From the NCBI RefSeq assembly GCF_964355755.1, contig NC_092677.1, forward strand, positions 8,206,101 to 8,270,100: a stretch of DNA of 64,000 nt. The letters are read 5' to 3'. A program made the translations under genes and the position numbers. A model generated the notes under the pieces. That model was given only the letters and a program-made list of their open reading frames with translations. It did not search any database and was not told where the DNA came from. The stretch comes from Antedon mediterranea. Taxonomy: Eukaryota > Animalia > Echinodermata. Positions within the stretch are counted from its first letter, which is position 1; every line of letters starts with the position of its first letter. Positions 1 to 11,700 of the stretch are shown here, one piece after another.

Positions 1-231
1 CCATTTTGTATATTTGGGTCTCCCTTTTCGTATATTTGGGTCTCCCTTTTCGTATATTTAGGTCTCCCTTTTCGTATATTAGGGTCTCCCTTTTCGTATA
101 GTGGGGTCTCCCTTTTCGTATAGTAGGGTCTCCCTTTTCGTACGTGGGTCTCCCTTTTCGTATATTTAGGTCTCTCTTTTCGTATTGGGTCTCGGGTCTC
201 TGGTCTCGGGTCTCTAGTTTCGAAACACCCG
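1..231. repeat. 22-bp tandem repeat (GGTCTCCCTTTTCGTATATTTR, ~9 copies), probably the subterminal array and terminus of a non-autonomous DNA transposon truncated by the window edge
   Basis: GGTCTC recurs with a ~22-bp period from 17 to 188, collapses into 7-bp GGGTCTC units and ends TTTCGAAACACCCG. There are no unique spacers. Confidence 0.75.
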
Positions 232-290
232 TTTTTAACCGATTATTCTGTTTAACAGCACGCTAGACCCTAGATGTGCTAGATTTAAAG

Positions 291-505
291 TACCGTATTT
301 ATTCAAAAAACGGCCTGGGCTGTTTATTGTTTAGGTGGTTTTTAGGTGGACATTTATTGGAAGAAAGTTGTTTATTCAATGGGAGGGGGTATAATCTAAT
401 GGAAATAGACGCCGATTATTCCATATGATGTTTCATGGGAGTGACATGGTCACTGTTTATTTGAGGGGAATTTATTTAAAGATCGCCGTTTATTCGGTGA
501 GTGAA
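291..505. mobile_element. Degenerate Tc1/mariner-type MITE remnant
   Basis: Starts TACCGTATTTATTC and carries repeated GYTGTTTATT/GCCGTTTATTCG submotifs. The right terminus is eroded. Confidence 0.35.
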
Positions 506-864
506 CATTGAGGTCAAATATCAAAAGTGATATTATTCTTCAAGTGTACAAAAATACATATATGACAAATTTGAGACAAAAATTAATTCTTTTAAGACCA
601 GTGGTTATCGAAGCATTGTCCTGACGCAAAAATTATTATTATTATTAGCAAACCCAGTCTTTACAGTAAATACAGGGAGTACTATATAATACGTTCGACT
701 ATCCTATGATCATGTGTGACAATCTTCAGTTTATACCAGGCTATAGTTATGTTCAATCTTTTACTTTTGTTTACAATAATGAATAGTAATTCGTCAAAGT
801 AACGAATTAAAATATAGTTATTAATTCCTATTATACACTGTTGCAGAGTCAGGTTGTTGAATGG

Positions 865-1620
865 TCTGGGTGGTAGTTGTCCGTCCGGGGGGTAGTTGTT
901 CTAAAGGGATAGTTTTCTGGGTGGTAGTTGTCCAGGGGTTAGTTGTCCTACGAAGGTAGTTGTCCTAAAAGATTATTTGCCCTCGGAGTATTGTCCAGGT
1001 CCAGGAGGTAGTTGTCCTACGGGGAGTATTGTGTCAGAGGTAGTTGTCCGCGGGGTAATTACTCGGGGGGGGGGGGGGGGGTATTTGTCCGGGGGGTTAT
1101 TGTCCGGGGGGGGTAATTACCCGGGGGGGGGGGTAATTCTCCGGGGGATAATTGTCAGGGGGTAATTGTTCCTAGGGGTAATTGTCCAGGGGGTAGTTGT
1201 CCAGGGGTTAGTTGTCCTACGGAGGTAGTTGTCCTAAAAGATTATTTGCCCTCGGAGTATTGTCCATGAAGTAGTTGTCCTACGGGGAGTATTGTGTCAG
1301 AGGTAGTTGTCCGCGGGGTAATTACTCGGGGGGGGGGGTATTTGTCCGGGGGGTTATTGTCCGGGGGGTAATTGTTCCTAGGGGGTTATTGTCCGTGGGG
1401 TAATTGTTCCTAGGGGGTAATTGCCCGGGGGGTAGTTGTCCAGGGGGTAGTTGTCCTAAGGAGGTTGTTGTCCTAAGGGGGTAGTTGTCCGGGGGGTATT
1501 TGTCCGGGGGGTAGTTGTCCTAAAGGGGTAGTTGTCCTAAGGGGGTAGTGGTCCAGGTGGTGGTTGTCCGGGGGGTAGTTTTCCGGGGGGTAAATGTCCA
1601 GGGGGTGAATATCCGGATAC
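865..1620. repeat. G-rich 14-16 bp minisatellite (GGGGGTARTTGTCC), likely a subterminal array of a foldback/MULE-like element
   Basis: Dozens of GGGGGTA(G/A)TTGTCC units. An internal higher-order duplication is visible (920-1110 vs 1190-1370). The array ends GGGGGTGAATATCCGGATAC. Confidence 0.85.
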
Positions 1621-1747
1621 GAGTTATACAATATGTCTATGGTTATAATGAGCCTGGGGCGTCACTTAACAGGATATGTTTCGTGGATATACTAAATATT
1701 GTTTACCGGCATTTGGTTAATAAATCGTATCAATGTATTTATTACAG

Positions 1748-4700
1748 ATACCAACTTATGATTGGGATGAAATTACGCAGCAAATGCTACTCGGAGCCTT
1801 TTATTATGGAAAAGCTGCCATGGAAATACCAGGAGGGATTTTGACTGTTAAGACTGGAGGAAAAAATATTATTTCATTTGCAATTATTTTGACGAGTTTG
1901 ATAGCAGCTTTGTCACCGTTGGCAGCGAGCATACATGTTGGTCTACTCTTAACGTTACGGATTTTGGATGGAATCGCACAGGTTTGTTTAAAATCTTCTA
2001 GTTAAATGTTAAATAGAGACAGAATAATATATAAATATATTCTTTGTGCAAACTAGTTTTAACTAACTTAACTGTTTTAACAGGGAATGATTACTCCTGC
2101 AATTTACACTTTATTGACTAAATGGGCTGATCCCGATAAACGAAGTAGAATGATATCAATAGTTTATGTTGGTATGTATACTAAAAGCTTTATATTCATT
2201 TCCAAGTTTTACTTTAATTCATCTGTCACAAACTTGCTTCTTAAGCGGTGGTTACCTTGTGTCCATTTGTGATGTCGCTAATAATATAAAAGAAACCATT
2301 GCATGTGTATAATGTTTAAGATCATATTTATTTTAAAGGCAAGGCAATTGGTGCCATAGTTTCAAATTATACGTCATCGTGGATCTGTTCTTCATACAAG
2401 ATTGGAGGATGGCCAATGTCGTATTATATATACAGTAAACTTTATTATTATTATCATTATTCCCGGCAGCTGGGGTGTTGGTTTGCAATCCATGATAACC
2501 ACAACACTTTTATTTAAACATACATCCCATTTATCGTCAGGTACCTTTTGAACTTCCAGATTCTCTTTTGAAAGCAATAAGACTCTTAAGGGTTATCCTG
2601 GTGAAGATATACGAGTTTTTATCTGTTCTGTCTGTTATTTATTCTCGTTTATGCCAAATTAAAGAATAAAGAAATAATTTAAAAAAATATCCGTACGTGT
2701 TTATATTTAGATGAGGAGTTATTAATCTTATATAATTGTATTACCTTTTGATTGATAACTTCTTTTGTTTTTAATGGTCCCCATATTAAACGTTTCCTTT
2801 TCCATAACTTTCGATGATGTACGTATACATATCATGTTTTATTGAAATAAAACAATATACGATTGATTGATAATTGTATGATACGTTAGTTTTTCGTATT
2901 TCTAAACTTTCAACCATTCTGGCTAGGTATGTTTGGGGCTGTTTTATCAATTATTTGGATAACAGGCGTTTCGGAGTCTCCAGATCAAGATAAAAGAAAA
3001 TCCCAAACGATTACACCAAATAAGGTAGTTCTTCCGTTTTAAAATAGTTATACAGTTCTTCTAGGATATTTCTTAAGTATAAAGATCTGTCTACACTTTA
3101 TCATAAAGTGTGATGTGCCTAAATATGGTAGTGATATGCCGAACTATGGTATATGATAACATCATCATGTCCATTATTATAATATAGGCACATGACATGT
3201 TTTGTCACATTGTGATAGTGTATACATATAATATATAAGTATTATAGTGTATGGACGTAGTAGATATGCATGGGTCAAAGTGTAGGATCAAGGGTGTGAA
3301 ACTCAAATAATCAATACCCAAGTTATTCAATATCACATTTTAAAATAAAAAAAAAATAATATTAATAGTTATTCATTTAATATTTCTCTTTAAAATCATA
3401 AATAGTATAAGGAGCTTACAAGTATATACCTTAAATTGTGTTGTGTTTTTCAGTCAATTCCACTGTACGATATATTCACATCAAAGCCGGTCTGGGCCAT
3501 TGCCATTGCAAAGTTTGCTTCTAATTTCGGTTACTACTTTCTGCTAATTGAAGCACCAACCCTTTTTTCAACTATATTAGGGGTCGATGTTAGAACGGTA
3601 AGGCAAATAATTTGTTTTCTAATTGTTGTTACTACTTTCTGGTAAATAAGCACGCAACCTTTATTTCAACCATTAGAGGTGAATGTTAAAATGGTAAGGC
3701 AAATAAATACTAATTTCGGTTACTACTTTCTCCTAATTGAAGCACCAACCCTTTTTCAACTATATTAGGGGTCGATGTTAGAACGGTAAGGCAAATGATC
3801 TGTGTTCTAATTGTTGTTACTACTTTCTGGTAAATAAGCACGCAACCTTTATTTCAATCATTAGGGGTGAATGTTAAAATGGTAAGGCAAATAAATTGTC
3901 TAATTTTGGTTACTATTTTTTCCTAATTGAAGCACAAACCCTTTTTCAACAATATTAGGGGTCGATGTTAGAACGGTAAGAAAAATTAGTCTTCTAATTT
4001 TTCTTACTCATTTTCTACAATTGAAGCACCCAATCTTTTTTGAAAGCACATTTACATGTTTATGGTAAAGCAAACAGTATGTCTTCTTATAATTTTTGTT
4101 ACTAACGTTCCATTAATTGAATCACCCAGCCATAAAATAGGGGTCGATGTTAAATGTTTAATGAGATATGTAGGCCTAAATGCTATAACAACCCAGTTCC
4201 AACAGTAAAATATGCATTCTATTGATTCTCATTTAGATTGGATATTTAACGCTAATTCCAAATTGTACGATAGTAGTAACCGGTCTACTATTTGCTGCGG
4301 CTGCTGACTATATCATTCAACAAAAGTACTTAAGTATCTTAAATACAAGAAAGCTCTTTGTACTTTTAGGTAATGTTTTCATTCATATTATTGTAAAAGC
4401 TTGAATCATAATAAACATAATTTCTTTAGCTTACTCTGAAACTAGTAAATATTATTTGATGAAAATTGAAACTTATCAGAATTGTACATTGAAAAACATT
4501 ATGTAATATTTATTTAATTCAATAAAATTTCCACAGGTTTTGGAATATCAAGCGCCTGTTTTTGTGCAGTTGTTTTTGCTGGTCACAGTGTAGTTGTGGT
4601 TGAGATTCTGTATATTGTGATTTCTGCTGTGTACGGTTGCAATTATGCTTCAGTATTACCGAACCCAATGGATATAACTATCGAATATTCTGGAGTAGTT

Positions 4701-5093
4701 GCCGGAGTAACACAGACTATAGTTAGCTGCTCTGGTTTTCTCCTTCCAATTGTTATTGGTCTTGTAATAAACGAAGAGGTAATTAACAGTTTAAAATTTT
4801 TACTATGGTGTTCAACCTTTCAACTGTAAGCTATCGAAATATTCAACATTTGCAATTTAGACAAATCATAATTTATTTAACACAATTAGTAGCCTATTAT
4901 GTTATTATATTATCGGTAATGTACATTTCAGAATACTTTAAAACAGTGGATCTTGCTATTTTTGATAACTGGTGGTGTTGAGCTATTTGGGATGTTCTTC
5001 TTTCTAATATTTGCTGAGGCAGAACAGCAAGAATGGTCATCAAACAATGAACATATTGAAGAAGAAAAAAGAAGTTTAATTAATCGTAAATAG
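1748..5093 (+). CDS. SLC17 family (sialin-like) MFS organic anion transporter, paralog 1; first coding exon not found in the window
   Basis: GT-AG exons 1748-1981, 2084-2171, 2339-2434, 2927-3024, 3454-3597, 4237-4369, 4537-4778 and 4932-5093 join in frame. SLC17 motifs: YDWD..QQMLLGAFYYG, KWADPDKRS, GGWP..YY, SKPVWAI, NTRKLF, NPMDI..EYSG, AEAEQQEW. Confidence 0.9.
3086..3225. mobile_element. ~130-bp MITE (TIR TCTRTCTACACTATCAAAC), copy 1
   Basis: Shares the core AAATATGGTAGTGATATG...CATCATCATG with the copies at 14936 and 17152. Ends are inverted (CTACACT / ATAGTGTA). Confidence 0.65.
3521..4160 (+). repeat. ~95-bp tandem repeat (7 units, alternating A/B) derived from the 3' end of an SLC17 exon plus its splice donor
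   Basis: Units start at ~3521, 3619, 3710, 3807, 3900, 3995 and 4090. Each has the form CTAATT..TTACTACTTT..AAGCAC..GATGTTA..GGTAAG. Confidence 0.9.
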
Positions 5094-5454
5094 TATTATG
5101 AAATTGAATTCAGGTTATATTCAATTGGATTTTTTTACATCTAAAGTATAAACGAGTGTGAAAAAACTTTTTAAAGTTATATCATTAATGACTTGAACAA
5201 TAATGTAATAAAATGCTAAGGAATAAAAAAAAATAATATAACGTATCATGTATAATAATATGAAAAAGGAAGATGGTATTAATACATTAAACAAATAATG
5301 TGAAAATGTTAGAATTATAAATGTACTTTACTGAAATTGTCTTTTTTTTTACAATATAAATTACATTACTCGGTTACATTATACAATTATTAAATAAAAA
5401 AGTAGGCCTATCCTTTAAACGTTACTGTAATTTTCAGTACACAGTACAACTTAT

Positions 5455-5517
5455 TTTTAGTCGCCGCGTGTAAACGCGACTCTACAGCGCACTATGTTGG
5501 TTGGATCGGTAAACACT
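5455..5517 (+). mobile_element. 5' fragment of a short HINE/Helentron-like element (same family as 22120 and 22388)
   Basis: TTTTTAGTCGC..CGCGACTCTA..CACTATGTTGG matches the elements at 22.1-22.5 kb. Confidence 0.5.
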
Positions 5518-5755
5518 AAATCAAATTTGTTTAAAGCATGGACCTATGTCCATGTTTAAAGGAAAAAAGACACGCCTAAAAGAGAAATGCAGACAAATTA
5601 GACAACAAATTGTCAACGCTACGCCCTCAATTTACAGTATGACCTGATTATAACTGGACTATTCTGGTTAAATGAAGTTTATATCTTCTTTTTTCTGGTA
5701 CAGTATATATAAAACCGTTAAACAATTATGTACGGTACCATTTAAAATTTTAAAA

Positions 5756-8700
5756 ATGAACTACATATATCACTTGTTCAACATAAAGTCACACGTTAAA
5801 ATGCACCGATATTTTGTGGTATTTATGTGCAGTTGTGTAAATCTTTTCCTATCATCATCAAGAATGAACTGGTATATTGCTATTGTAAACATGGTCAACA
5901 GGAATGTTTCGATTGATGACTCGGCGTATACCGGTAATCTTTCCAGAAAAGTAGGTGGGGCGAACGATTTTCAAAACTATAATAGCGTAAGTAAATGGAT
6001 AACATTATTCGGCACCTAACAATTCTCACTTAAGACCTGTACAAAAAACGACAATAACAGGTTACAAAGTTAGAACTAGAATAAGATTGTATACTGTATT
6101 CGATGAAAATATGGCGATGGCACTATTGAACATAATTAAATATATATATATATATAATTTCATGAAATTATTATAAAAAGAAGATAGGAAAAATAAGCCT
6201 ACATATTATTAAATTGTTTACCTAAATATATAATTGTGTTCAACGTTGTTTTCATGTAGATACCACGCTTTAATTGGGATAATCGGGAACAGCAATTGGT
6301 TTTAGGTGCTTTTTATTGTGGTTACGCTTTCATACCGATGACGGGTGGATTTTTGGCAAACAAGTTAGGTGGAAAACGAGTCATAATGTTTGTACTCAGT
6401 TCAGCTAGTTTAATCAATGCGTTGGTACCATGGGTAGCACAAGTACATGTGTATTTTCTCGTAGCATTGCGAATTATAGATGGAATGGGACAGGTACGAA
6501 TTTTAAATTGAATATTGTTGTTGGGGTAATCGATAGGCCTAAATTCCCATTAAAAACACCGACCAAAAATATACCCTTTAAAAAATGTTAGCTGTGTATA
6601 ATTCCAGCCATCTTAATTTTTTTTAAAGATCTTGTTGATAACTTTTAATTTAGATATCAAAACCAATGGAAATTGTATTATAAACAAATGAAAAGTAATA
6701 TAGGCCTGGACCTACTAGGATATAACAGTAGGCCTACTTTCAACATGTTTATGGTTACTTTTTTATTGTAAAATTTAGGGATCTTCAAACCCATCAGTAT
6801 ATGTTTTAATTGGTAAATGGACGTCTCCAGATGAGAGAAGCACCATGTTATCTATTGTTTACACTGGTAAGATCTAACACACAGGTGTCATTACTTAAAA
6901 TATGTAGATTTGATTTAACGAAAATACGAATTTTGTAAATGACCTCATTTCAATAATTTTACATGGAAACTCTGGTTATTAACACAATTGTTACTTATGG
7001 TGAAAGTGACTGTCATTGTAGATAGTGTATGTATGATAATACCCCAAAACGTTTGCTAACTCTATAAAAGGATAGAAAACAATAAACTGTAGTGGAATTA
7101 TTTTGACATGGTCCTTACAATTCGACCTAGATAATAAACTGCAGATGCTTTTTTCTGTTGATTGTTCAGCGCTTAGGAACGCCCTGAATGTTGCGCTATT
7201 AAAGTGAATATTACTATTATTGAATTATTCGAGCTTATGCTATATTAATCATTAACAGGTTCGTCAGTCGGTTTCATTTTGTCTAGTTTCCTGTCAAGCT
7301 GGATATGTTCAACAGACACAGTTGGTGGTTGGCCTACATTATTTTATTTATATAGTAAATTACCTTTTTTTTAAAATAATAAACTGTTGCATGTCTTCCT
7401 CATAATAACAGCTAAATATGTATTTAAAACAGTAATGAGTAATAAAAAAGGATTGATCAATAGCATTTCACATTAAAGCTAAGATATTAGAATTATTGTA
7501 AAATCCTTATAAATCAAAGAGCAAAATAGTGTTGAGAAACAACAGTTTTCAAGTTTTTAAAAATATAACTGGTTAATGATTTTATTTAGATAAGAGCCTT
7601 AAGCTAAAGTTATTACAAATAGTCGGGTTGATTAAAAGATTGAACAGGTGTTTCATTTGGCAATACTTGTTGTTTTGAATATTTACTGAACCAATTCCTC
7701 TAATATTTATAAAAATGGATGGAAGGAAATGTTTGTTATATATAGTTAAACCTATTACTGTACTACTAAATCTAAATATTGCGCATAATTTATTATATAC
7801 CTCTGAAATGTTCACAAACAACTGGACCCGTTTAAATGAGTTTTCTATCGCAAACTAGTTCAAATTATATATATAAATCTATAGTATTTATTATTTCATA
7901 TTCTTTCCTTTATTTATTTTCTTTATAACTTTAGGTATACTTGGAGCTATACTGACAATAGCATGGGGAACGAACATTCATGAAAATCCCCATCAAAGCG
8001 ACGGAGTTTCAGATGAGGAAATTGAACATTTTGAATCGCCTGCTTCACATAAAGAAAATGTATGTATTTGCAAGGAAGGCTGAGCACTCTCTGAAATATA
8101 AGGAGTTGATAGGGCCGACTAAGAATTATAAAGCCGGGTCAGATTGCTTACATACCTGTATTCAGTAATAATAGGCACTACTATAACACAAACATTCACA
8201 CTTTCCTTTTTTAAGTTTCTCGCTGGTACCGCAGCGCGCAATTATGCAAGCGAAGATCATTCAAACTCGCTTGTGATTGGTCAAATTACTTTCGTTGCGC
8301 AAATGACCCAAAGTTCATTTTTCTTTTTTTTTGTTGATGAAAATACATCTTTACGAAGTTGTTTTTATTTTCAAATCAGATTTCGTCAATTCCTTGGTTT
8401 GATATAATTACATCATGGGCAGTTTGGGCAAATGTGATTGCCTACTTTACATATGTATTTGGATATCTAGTTATAATAATTGAAACACCAACATATCTTT
8501 CAACCGTTTTACAAGTTAGTGTCAAGCATGTAAGTACTGTACAGCGCTATTCTATAATTCACCATTCCTCGAAATAAATTATATCTATAGTCCTATGTAG
8601 CCTGTGACACATTTTGACAGTGGCATCTCCATGCATAATAAAAGTGGTGCTTAAACCACACTACTCGGAATGGCACTCGGGTATCATGTTTTTATGAATG

Positions 8701-11700
8701 AATTTACGATAGAATAATTTAATTCTCGTCTGTCCAGATTTTTAATCAAATAGGGTCTCAAGCTCTTTGTAGATTCGTCAAACATTACAGTTGTAGCATA
8801 ATAAACTTTACCAAAATGAAACATTAAATGGACTGCAAAAGAAGTCATGCATCCAGTGTCCTGAGGTGTTCTCCCATGTTTGTCTAAGTGCCCATAATTT
8901 AAACTCTCACAACTTGTCGATACTAAAATAAAGTTTTGTTTTTCAGGTGGGTATATTTATGTCAATTATATGCTTTGTACAAATTATTATTGGTTTACTC
9001 GCTGGTGTCTCTGCCGACTACATTATACAATCTAAATATCTAAGCGTTCAGAATACAAGAAAACTATTTATGTTTCTATGTAAGTACGTTTTTCTTTTGG
9101 TTAATAAGTGTGTCTGTGTACGCAAAGTAGCAACTATCAAACGTTGTCGTGATTTGCGTTACTCGCTCACTACCGTAATCTTTAAAAAAACAAAACCTAT
9201 TAAAAAAACTTTTAGCATTAAGTAAAGAAGTTAAATTCTGGAAAACGGAATATTAAGCCCCAGACCAAGGGGTATTTAGATACTGAGTGTATAGGCTTAA
9301 GCATTTTGTTACCCCGATAAACGTCACTATCGTATAGAATATACATACATTACAAACAATTTTGATTCAATGTTGTATTCTACAGCTCTTGGGATAACGT
9401 CCGGCTGTTTCGTAGGTCAATATTACGTCGGACACAATGTTTTTGCAGTTGAGGTTCTATTTGCCGTAGGATTTGGAGCGTGTGGATTTCAATTTGGCGG
9501 TACGCTTGTGAACGTCATGGACATAGCCGAGAGATACTCGGGGATTATTATAGGATTTATGTACACAATAAGCAGTATTGGCGGATTTTTTAGTACAATC
9601 ATAGTTGGTAGATTAACAAATAATCAGGTACTTTGATGTTTTATTTTTTCAATGAAAAACGATAGTGGGAAAATCACAGAGTGAAAAAAAAATCATAGTG
9701 TATTCCAACGAGGATGGGTCCGATTATATTACTGTATTCAAGTTGTGTCGTATAACTCTAGACGCGAATTCGAGGCATTTCGTTTTTCAAATAAAATCGC
9801 ATTGTTTTTTCTAACTGAAAATAAAAACAACTTCTAACCGGTAGCTTTTCAAGAGCTACGCGCTTTAAAATGGTAATAAGCAAATTCCCGTTATTGTGTG
9901 CAATAGATTATAATTTAAAAGCATATATAGTCCAGGAGTATTAGACTTTGAGGTAGAAATAAATATGCTAAAGCTGAATTTTTCAGGATAGGTCCATAAT
10001 GTTGTCTGAAACAACATACTAAAAGTCCCCGGGTTTCCCCGTTGTGCTTCAACCCGATTGGGCCATTTTTCAAAATGGCGGCCATCTTAAAATTATTTAC
10101 CATATGCTGACAACCAGTAGGTGTAAGTAAACAATTTTGGTGTCAAAATACTCAGAAGACCCATATTTATATTCACTGTAATGAAAAAGTTTAACAAAAA
10201 ATGGTCAGAAATGCCTGTTTTGACCTTTGACCCTAAATTTGGATTATCTCAATATCTCATCAACGACTGGCCGTAGAGACTTCAAAGTTGTCCCAAATTA
10301 TTCAGAATACCCAACTTTCTATTCACTTTAATGAAAGAAAAATACCAAATTCCTTTAGAAACCTTCTATTTTGACCTTTGAACTATTGACCTAGACATAT
10401 TTTAATTTTATAGACATCTTAGTGATCGATAGGAGTACACAAGCGAAATTGGTGTCAAAATACTCAGAAGACCCATATTTATATTCATTATAATGGAAAA
10501 GTTTTTAAAAAAATGACCGGAAATGCATGTTTTGAACTTTGACCCTAAATTTGAATTATCTCAATATCTCATCAACGACTGGCCGTAGAGACTTCAAAGT
10601 TGTCCCAAATTATTCGGAATGCCCAACTTTCTATTCACTTTAATGAAAGAAAAATACCAAATTCCTATAGAAACCTTCTATTTTGACCTTTGAACCCTTG
10701 ATCTGGTCATATTTTATACCAAAATTGTATAGAAATCTTGGTGATCGATAGGAATACATAAGGGAATTTTGTGTCAAAATACTCCAAAACACCCATGTTT
10801 CTGTTTACTCTTATAGAAATAATGTACTAAATGCGATTGAAAGTGTTTGACCTTTGACTTTAATCATTACATTTTAATAAGAATTAGTCTTATTTCGTGC
10901 CTAGCTTACCTGTATAAACCGACAATAGCCCGTGCTCTCCAGAAGGAGGGCTTAGATGCAAAAAGTTAAATTTAAGTTGACATAAAGATAGACAGAATCT
11001 AACAATTCATCAGTATGGCCATTGCCATGAGAGGTAAAATTCATTCCAAATTGCTCAGATACTAAACAGACAAACCAAGCCCCAATTTTAAACTATATAT
11101 ATATGATACATTTTACTGTCTGTTTGGGCTTTAGCCTGTTTTCACTTCTTTTATTCATTAGTAACCAAACAAATTTTATTATTTATTTAGTCTTGAAATA
11201 TTAAGGTTAGAAATTAGTCTTCCAAAAAATGCCACACCTTCTCTATATGGCTAATGTCCATGTTTAAACTTTGGAGCTACACCAATTCTGAAATGTTTCC
11301 TCTTCGGCAGTGCCATTTAATATATAGCACAGACCACTACTGGTTGATTTGACACACACTTATTGGTAAAATTGTTGTTTTTTTTCAATTGAGCTGCACA
11401 GCTATTACATTTCTTTGTGTATATAGGTCTGGAGTACATAATTCATCTTATAACATTTTTTAAATTGTCTAAAACTGCACACTGTACATAGTCACCCACC
11501 CAACCATTTATCAAGGTCTCAGTCCAAGTCTCATTTTAGGCTCTAGTCATACCTCCGATTCTTATCTGATATGATGCAATTTAATTTTAAAAGAATTATT
11601 GCATTTATCTTTAAAATGTGAACATTTTTCTCTGTTTTTTTTCTAATCAAAATTCTCAAAAAATCGAAAATACTTCAGGACTATATGATGGTTAATAAAA

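Noticed and set aside
1-231. Regular 22-bp repeats resembling a CRISPR array
   Set aside because: The units are head-to-tail with no unique spacers, there are no cas genes, and the context is eukaryotic.
977-1844. Gly/Val-rich ORFs 977-1165 and 1548-1844
   Set aside because: They are translations of the G-rich minisatellite, or an alternative frame over the SLC17 exon.
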